DNA of 64,000 nt. Source: Cyanobacteria bacterium SIG28 (lineage in GTDB: Bacteria > Cyanobacteriota > Vampirovibrionia > Gastranaerophilales > Gastranaerophilaceae). Made by a program: the position numbers and the translations under genes. The notes below the pieces were generated by a model that did not search any database, was not told the origin of the DNA, and was given only the letters and a program-made list of their open reading frames with translations. Below, piece by piece: positions 57,006-64,000 of the stretch (positions within the stretch are counted from its first letter, which is position 1; each line of letters opens with the position of its first letter). The stretch is from contig SUTU01000006.1 in assembly GCA_015152525.1 (NCBI GenBank), forward strand, positions 39,986 to 103,985. The letters run 5' to 3'.

Positions 57006-57224
57006 AATTGGTTCCTTTTTGTTTTTCCCTTTGTGTCATGTATTACGGCATTTTTACTCAGAAACTTTAAGGTTTTGGGTGATTTTGTTACAAAAGTTAA
57101 CAAAAAAGATGTTTAAAAAATTTGAGGTTAAAAAATTGTATTATTTTCTGTTTTTATGCTATTATATAGGGTATAGAGTTAGTTTTTGTCTGTTTAATTT
57201 GTCAGACAATATAAAGGGGGATGA

Positions 57225-59657
<2,433 letters not shown>

Positions 59658-59712
59658 TGAGGGTGCAAAAAACTAGAGTTTTTTACAAGCTCTAATAAAA
59701 CCAAATATAACT

Positions 59713-59748
59713 AAAATCCGAGTTTGATATTTATCAAACTCGGATTTT
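59713..59748. terminator. Bidirectional terminator between gyrB (+) and plsX (-)
   Basis: AAAATCCGAGTTTGATA-TT-TATCAAACTCGGATTTT. Confidence 0.8.
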
Positions 59749-59774
59749 GTTTAAGTATGCTTATCAATTTCAGA

Positions 59775-60833
59775 CTAAGAAATGTTTTCAGAAATTGTAG
59801 TATTTACTCCGGATTCAACAGCGCCTTTAGCAACTCTTACAGCATTTTTAATAGCATAAGCTCTGCTTCTGCCGTGTGAAATTACCGTAATACCTTTAAC
59901 GCCCAAAAGTAAGCAACCGCCGAACTCTTCGTAATTAATTCTTCCATAAATTCTTCTTAAGAAAGGTTTTGCCAATAAGCCAACAATCATTCCCAAGAAA
60001 TCAGATTTGAAAGTACTCTTAATCATTTTGAATAACAATGTAGCTGTGCCTTCAGTAACTTTTAAAACAACATTACCTACAAAACCATCACAAACAACTA
60101 CATCACAAACGTTAAGGAATAATTCTCTACCTTCAACGTTGCCCATAAAATTGAATTTTTCTTTTTCTTCTTCCAATAAATTATAAGCTGCTTGAGCCAA
60201 TTCATTACCTTTACCGGCTTCTTCACCGATATTCAAAACACCTACTCGAGGGTTTTCAACACCTAAAACGTTTTTAGAAAAAGTTCTTCCCATTACTGCA
60301 AATTGTTTTAACATTTGTGGTGTGCAATTACTGTTTGCGCCGCCATCAATAACAACGATAGGTTTTTTCATTGTAGGAAGTGTTACGGCGATTGCAGGTC
60401 TGTCAACTCCCGGAATTCTTCCTAAGCCAAACAAGCTTGATGCCATTGCTGCACCTGTAGAACCTGCAGCAACAAGAGCATCCGAACTACCTGTCGCAAC
60501 AGAATTAACAGTTAAAACAATCGAAGAGTTTTTCTTCTTGCGAATAGCTTGACCCGGTGCCTCACCCATTTCGATTACTTCCGAAGCGTGGGTTATTTTT
60601 ATATCTAAAGACTTAACGTCAACTCGAACACGTTTTTTGCCACCAGCCTTTCCACAGTCCGATAAAAAGCCTTCTTTTTGAATTTTTTCTAAACAACTCT
60701 CAATTCTATCTTCTTTACCAACAAGTTCGATTGCTACTCCATACTCAGCAGCTGCCCAAACCGCACCGGCAACTATCTCAAAAGGCGCGTTATCTCCGCC
60801 CATTGCATCAACTGCTATTCTTGTCATCCTCAC
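59775..60833 (-). CDS. plsX: Phosphate acyltransferase
   Basis: RIAVDAMGGDNAP at the N-terminus and the LLGV.G..VI.HGRS pattern. Conserved yceD-rpmF-plsX synteny. Confidence 0.9.
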   Translation of the reverse strand: MRMTRIAVDAMGGDNAPFEIVAGAVWAAAEYGVAIELVGKEDRIESCLEKIQKEGFLSDCGKAGGKKRVRVDVKSLDIKITHASEVIEMGEAPGQAIRKKKNSSIVLTVNSVATGSSDALVAAGSTGAAMASSLFGLGRIPGVDRPAIAVTLPTMKKPIVVIDGGANSNCTPQMLKQFAVMGRTFSKNVLGVENPRVGVLNIGEEAGKGNELAQAAYNLLEEEKEKFNFMGNVEGRELFLNVCDVVVCDGFVGNVVLKVTEGTATLLFKMIKSTFKSDFLGMIVGLLAKPFLRRIYGRINYEEFGGCLLLGVKGITVISHGRSRAYAIKNAVRVAKGAVESGVNTTISENIS

Positions 60834-60863
60834 CTCTTTTTATTTTATAAAGCCTGATATTGA

Positions 60864-60885
60864 GAGGGCGAAAATTTTCGCCCTC
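60864..60885 (-). other. GC-rich stem-loop between rpmF and plsX
   Basis: GAGGGCGAAAATTTTCGCCCTC, a perfect 9-bp stem. No T-run follows on the minus strand, so this is probably a partial terminator or processing/stability element rather than a strong terminator. Confidence 0.5.
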
Positions 60886-60894
60886 ATAAATCAA

Positions 60895-61263
60895 TTATTC
60901 TTCTGTTTTTTCTTCTTCAACAGCTTCAGCAGGAGCTTCTGCAGGTGTTTCTTCAACTACTGCAACTTCTTCTTTAGTTTCTTCAACTACTTCTTCTGCT
61001 TTAACTTCTTCAACTACTTCAGCTTTTTTAGATTTTTTAGGAGCTTTTTTTACTTCTTTAACTTCTTCAGCTGCTTCTACAAAACCTTCAGCTTTTCTTG
61101 AAACAACTTTACCTTTGTATTGACCACAAGCTGTACAAACTGTGTGTGCTAATACTACTGCACCGCAATTAGGACATTTTGTTGTGGTAGGTTTTGTTGC
61201 CTTCCAATTTGATCTTCTTTTTCCTTGAGCACTATGCCCGGTTCTTTTCTTAGGTACTGCCAT
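60895..61263 (-). CDS. rpmF: 50S ribosomal protein L32 with a ~60-aa acidic C-terminal extension
   Basis: MAVPKKRTGHSAQGKRRSNW...CPNCG....H.VC..CG.YKG is canonical L32. A Glu/Val/Ala/Lys-rich tail follows. Confidence 0.85.
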   Translation of the reverse strand: MAVPKKRTGHSAQGKRRSNWKATKPTTTKCPNCGAVVLAHTVCTACGQYKGKVVSRKAEGFVEAAEEVKEVKKAPKKSKKAEVVEEVKAEEVVEETKEEVAVVEETPAEAPAEAVEEEKTEE

Positions 61264-61333
61264 TTTTATATCTTCCTTTCTAATTTATATTACTTTGCCA
61301 GCGTATTTTACTTTTTCTATTAAGCTAATTTAT

Positions 61334-61822
61334 TTAGTCTTGTCTTTCGATTTTGATGTTTTTAAAAACATCCATTCTCGAATCGTGAATATTTATATCT
61401 TCATCTGACGTAAACATTCCCTCATTACAATTTATACCACAAACCCGTTTATTTGGTAAAGCTAATATTACAGATTGATACAATAAGTCATAAATATCTA
61501 TTTCTTTTTCGCCGTTCAAATCTGTTACAAACTGACCTCCAGAGAGCTCAAACTCTTGTGAATACTCGTCTTGAAGCGCACCCTTTGCAAATGTTTCGTC
61601 AATTTGAGTATCTAAATTATACTCATATTCATGTAAACATCTATCACAAGTTAGATTAATTTTACCTTTAACGGTTCCTTTAACTTCTACAAATTGTCCA
61701 AGTGATTTTAACTCTAAATCAGCCCAAATATCGCAACCAAATTCATCCATGAATTCATTAAATTCATAGTACAATGTGCCGTTAGGTTCTTGTTCAATTT
61801 CTTCGATTAATATTTTGTTCAT
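61334..61822 (-). CDS. yceD: YceD/DUF177 family protein
   Basis: CDRCL..Y motif, acidic composition, and a position immediately upstream of rpmF. Confidence 0.8.
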   Translation of the reverse strand: MNKILIEEIEQEPNGTLYYEFNEFMDEFGCDIWADLELKSLGQFVEVKGTVKGKINLTCDRCLHEYEYNLDTQIDETFAKGALQDEYSQEFELSGGQFVTDLNGEKEIDIYDLLYQSVILALPNKRVCGINCNEGMFTSDEDINIHDSRMDVFKNIKIERQD

Positions 61823-61831
61823 TGTTATCCT

Positions 61832-62077
61832 TTATGCACAAGGTTCTTCTTGTAATACCAAGCCTGCAATTTGAGTAGAAACAAAGCAAACCTTTTTAAT
61901 TGGTCCGATTGGTTCTTTTTCTACCAAAACAGGTGTAGGGCTTTTCATTAATTGTTTTAATTCAGAATAAACTGCTTGCGGATTGTCAAAATACATTACA
62001 AGCGGTGTTGCGGAACCTTTCAAGAAAAGAATTACTGCATATCTTGTTTTTTGCGGTGTACCAAATTGTTGAACCAT
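61832..62077 (-). CDS. Hypothetical small protein (81 aa)
   Basis: I prefer the ATG at 62077, which has AAGGAG 7 nt upstream, over the track's GTG at 62104. No known motifs. Confidence 0.4.
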   Translation of the reverse strand: MVQQFGTPQKTRYAVILFLKGSATPLVMYFDNPQAVYSELKQLMKSPTPVLVEKEPIGPIKKVCFVSTQIAGLVLQEEPCA

Positions 62078-62122
62078 TTTTGTTCTCCTTTGTTTCTTTT
62101 TCACTGTTGTATTATACTATAA

Positions 62123-62238
62123 AAAAGTGATTAAGTGAATGAGTGATTAAGTAACTAAGTTCTTTAAATTCGCTAACGCTCATAAAAAATTATAAAGAAC
62201 TCTACTCACTTCACTCACCTTGTTCATTCTACTCATTT
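62123..62238. repeat. Second copy of the GTGA(G/A)T(A/G)A-rich inverted-repeat element, opposite orientation to 47816-47947 with a shorter core
   Basis: Left arm AAAAGTGATTAAGTGAATGAGTGATTAAGTAACTAAGTTCTTTAAATT, core CGCTAACGCTCATAAAAAATTAT, right arm AAGAACTCTACTCACTTCACTCACCTTGTTCATTCTACTCATTT. Confidence 0.75.
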
Positions 62239-62250
62239 GAAAGGATTTTC

Positions 62251-62823
62251 ATGTTTTCAAAAATAAACCAAATACTAAATAATGATGGCGTAATTGCTTT
62301 TGTTACAGACACAGTATGGGGATTAGGGTGTTTGCCAACAAGCGAAAAAGCCGTACAAAAAATTTATGAAATTAAACACAGAGAGGCTAAAAAGCCTCTT
62401 ATCTTAATGAGTGATGATACATATCCGCTTTTTGATTATGTAAAACAACCAATTCAAAAGGAGGCACAAGTTTTAGCAAAAAAATATTTCCCGGGTGCAC
62501 TGACTTTGGTTGTGGAAAAATCTGAAAATACACCTGATTATATAACTTCCGGAATGAATACAGTCGGCATAAGGGTTCCAAACAATGAAACTTTTGCAAA
62601 TATTTGCAGAAATATTGAATCAAGGGTTCTTGCAACAACCAGTGCAAATTTATCAGGTGAAGCACCTGCTTTAACTTATGAAGAAGCAGTTTCCTATATT
62701 GGGGATAAAGTTGATTTGGTTATTCCTGATTACGGATTTTGTGCAAAAGGTATTGCTTCAACAGTTGTCGGGTTTAATGATGAAAATATCATTGTTTACA
62801 GACAAGGTGAAGTGATTATTTAG
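62251..62823 (+). CDS. tsaC: L-threonylcarbamoyladenylate synthase (TsaC/YrdC type)
   Basis: TDTVWGLGC, KPLILM, PGALTLVV, VGIRVP and ATTSANLSGE motifs. Confidence 0.85.
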   Translation: MFSKINQILNNDGVIAFVTDTVWGLGCLPTSEKAVQKIYEIKHREAKKPLILMSDDTYPLFDYVKQPIQKEAQVLAKKYFPGALTLVVEKSENTPDYITSGMNTVGIRVPNNETFANICRNIESRVLATTSANLSGEAPALTYEEAVSYIGDKVDLVIPDYGFCAKGIASTVVGFNDENIIVYRQGEVII

Positions 62824-62832
62824 TATACAAGT

Positions 62833-63126
62833 TTAGCGATTATAAATTTGTTTAGCTCTGTCTACAATTTCTTGATACTTCTCTTGCAATTCTAATTTAG
62901 TTTCATTATATTTATTTGCTTTTTGAGAAAAATATACTCCTAAACCGGCAGTTAATAAAAGTAATGGTAAATCTTTTTTGCTGGCAGCACCGGCGCTAAG
63001 AAGAAATTCTGTAGCTGCAAATGAAGTTTCCATATTACGCATATTTTTTGCATTATAATATTTTCTTGCAATTCCGTTTCCGCGTCGCAAGCTTAAGTTT
63101 CGTGTTAAAGCACCAATTTTTAGCAT
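62833..63126 (-). CDS. Hypothetical small protein with one hydrophobic segment
   Basis: ORF only. LPLLLLTAGLGVYF is a possible TM helix. Confidence 0.35.
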   Translation of the reverse strand: MLKIGALTRNLSLRRGNGIARKYYNAKNMRNMETSFAATEFLLSAGAASKKDLPLLLLTAGLGVYFSQKANKYNETKLELQEKYQEIVDRAKQIYNR

Positions 63127-63184
63127 ATTTTATCCTTTTTCTTTATTAAATATGCTAATTAAAAACGTGTAAAAAATTTTTTTG

Positions 63185-63589
63185 CTATACTTCTGTTTCA
63201 ACAAATGGCAAAAATTCTTCTTCACCAAAATGCGAATATGTATCCAAAGCTTTGCCTATATGAACAGGACGAACATTTTGATTATCTAAATTCTGAGCAA
63301 CAGAAACATAAGTGTAACTAGGATTTGAGCTATATTGAGAAACAGCATTTTCATCACAATATCTCATATATTCATCATAAGTTACAACACCATCGCCATC
63401 ATAATCCATAGCTTTATTGTAACTTTCTTCACCATGTTTAGCGTAAATTTTTTCCTTGGTTGAGTCTTCAATCAAATTTTGAAGGTTAGGTTTATTTGAT
63501 TTAAGTGCTTGAATATTTTGTAAATCAATCATATTCATTCGCATTTGATTTATTGAACTTGTCATAACACATATCCTCTTTATTTGCAC
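63185..63589 (-). CDS. Hypothetical protein with an EF-hand-like Ca-binding loop
   Basis: DYDGDGVVTYDEY fits the canonical DxDxDGxIxxxE EF-hand loop. Confidence 0.45.
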   Translation of the reverse strand: MQIKRICVMTSSINQMRMNMIDLQNIQALKSNKPNLQNLIEDSTKEKIYAKHGEESYNKAMDYDGDGVVTYDEYMRYCDENAVSQYSSNPSYTYVSVAQNLDNQNVRPVHIGKALDTYSHFGEEEFLPFVETEV

Positions 63590-64000
63590 ATTTAGGTACT
63601 GCTACTTCTTGCCCAATTTGATTATAAATGGGGGTTTTATTATTATAAACTGTGTTATATCAATCTCAATCGTTCTTGAGAATTAAAAAAATACTACTCG
63701 CAAGAGTGGTTTTTATCCAAATATCTTAGAACATTCTTTTAAAACATAGTTAATAAAATCACAAGATGCTTGTAATCCACCTTTAAACTCCGCAAAAAAC
63801 CAAGAATTTCTATCAAATTCACATTCAATCCATTTAGCAAGCCTATAACTCATATACATACCTCGTTAGGTTAATCGTCTGGTTAGATAAAATATATATC
63901 AAAAGCTATTATCATGTCAAGTACAATGTAAGGTATTTTGTAATATGGCATATGATAGAAAATTAATGAGAAACGGTAATGGTTGGGCTTTATGCCTAAA

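Noticed and set aside
63713-63859. Unlisted 48-aa minus-strand ORF (MYMSYRLAKWIECEFDRNSWFFAEFKGG...)
   Set aside because: It is short, has an ambiguous start and ribosome-binding-site spacing, and has no recognisable motif. Evidence is insufficient to annotate it.
63945-64000. Partial plus-strand ORF MAYDRKLMRNGNGWALCL... at the window edge, faintly reminiscent of AbrB/MazE-type antitoxin N-termini
   Set aside because: Only 18 codons are visible and the resemblance (G-N-G-W-A-L) is too weak to call.

Overview
AT-rich bacterial chromosomal window from a diderm, flagellated organism; L-ring and P-ring genes are present. The low GC and gene content would fit a gut Melainabacteria/Gastranaerophilales-like lineage, but that is a guess I cannot verify without a database search. 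Most of the window is ordinary. It holds housekeeping genes (fabG 3' end, aroA, proS, Ski2-like helicase, recG, tRNA-Leu, murF, rnhB, ftsZ, gyrB, plsX, rpmF, yceD, tsaC) and carbohydrate genes (eda, kdgK, a PfkB kinase, malQ, a GH13-like protein, csaB). It also holds signalling genes (a CHASE2 class III cyclase, a GAF/HD-GYP protein), a flagellin gene, and a ~13 kb minus-strand flagellar cluster: unknown 689-aa protein, fliD, SLT, flgF, flgG, flgA, flgI, flgJ-N, unknown, flgH, flgN, flgK, flgL. Five things deserve a second look. (1) A five-gene operon of signal-peptide proteins (7041-13425) looks like a non-canonical chaperone-usher fibre system. It has a PapD-like chaperone, three pilin-like subunits, and an atypical 1013-aa outer-membrane protein in place of a recognisable usher. 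(2) That operon is bracketed by inverted copies of a structured intergenic repeat. The repeats form a REP/REPIN-like family (boxes GTCATCCTCA / GGGGATCCAGC around a variable, covarying mini-hairpin) found at three loci, plus a G-rich GGGGTAAAT tandem array. (3) A 197-bp tandem duplication starts inside the 3' end of tRNA-Leu and is followed by a very AT-rich 1012-aa orphan ORF. (4) A 689-aa protein with coiled-coil ends and a Pro/Ala/Thr/Ser-rich core heads the flagellar cluster. (5) A second inverted-repeat family (GTGAGTAA-rich arms) occurs inside the flagellar operon and again at 62.1 kb. No CRISPR array, integrase, transposase or recognisable defence genes were seen. All protein calls rest on motif recognition from the supplied translations, not on searches.
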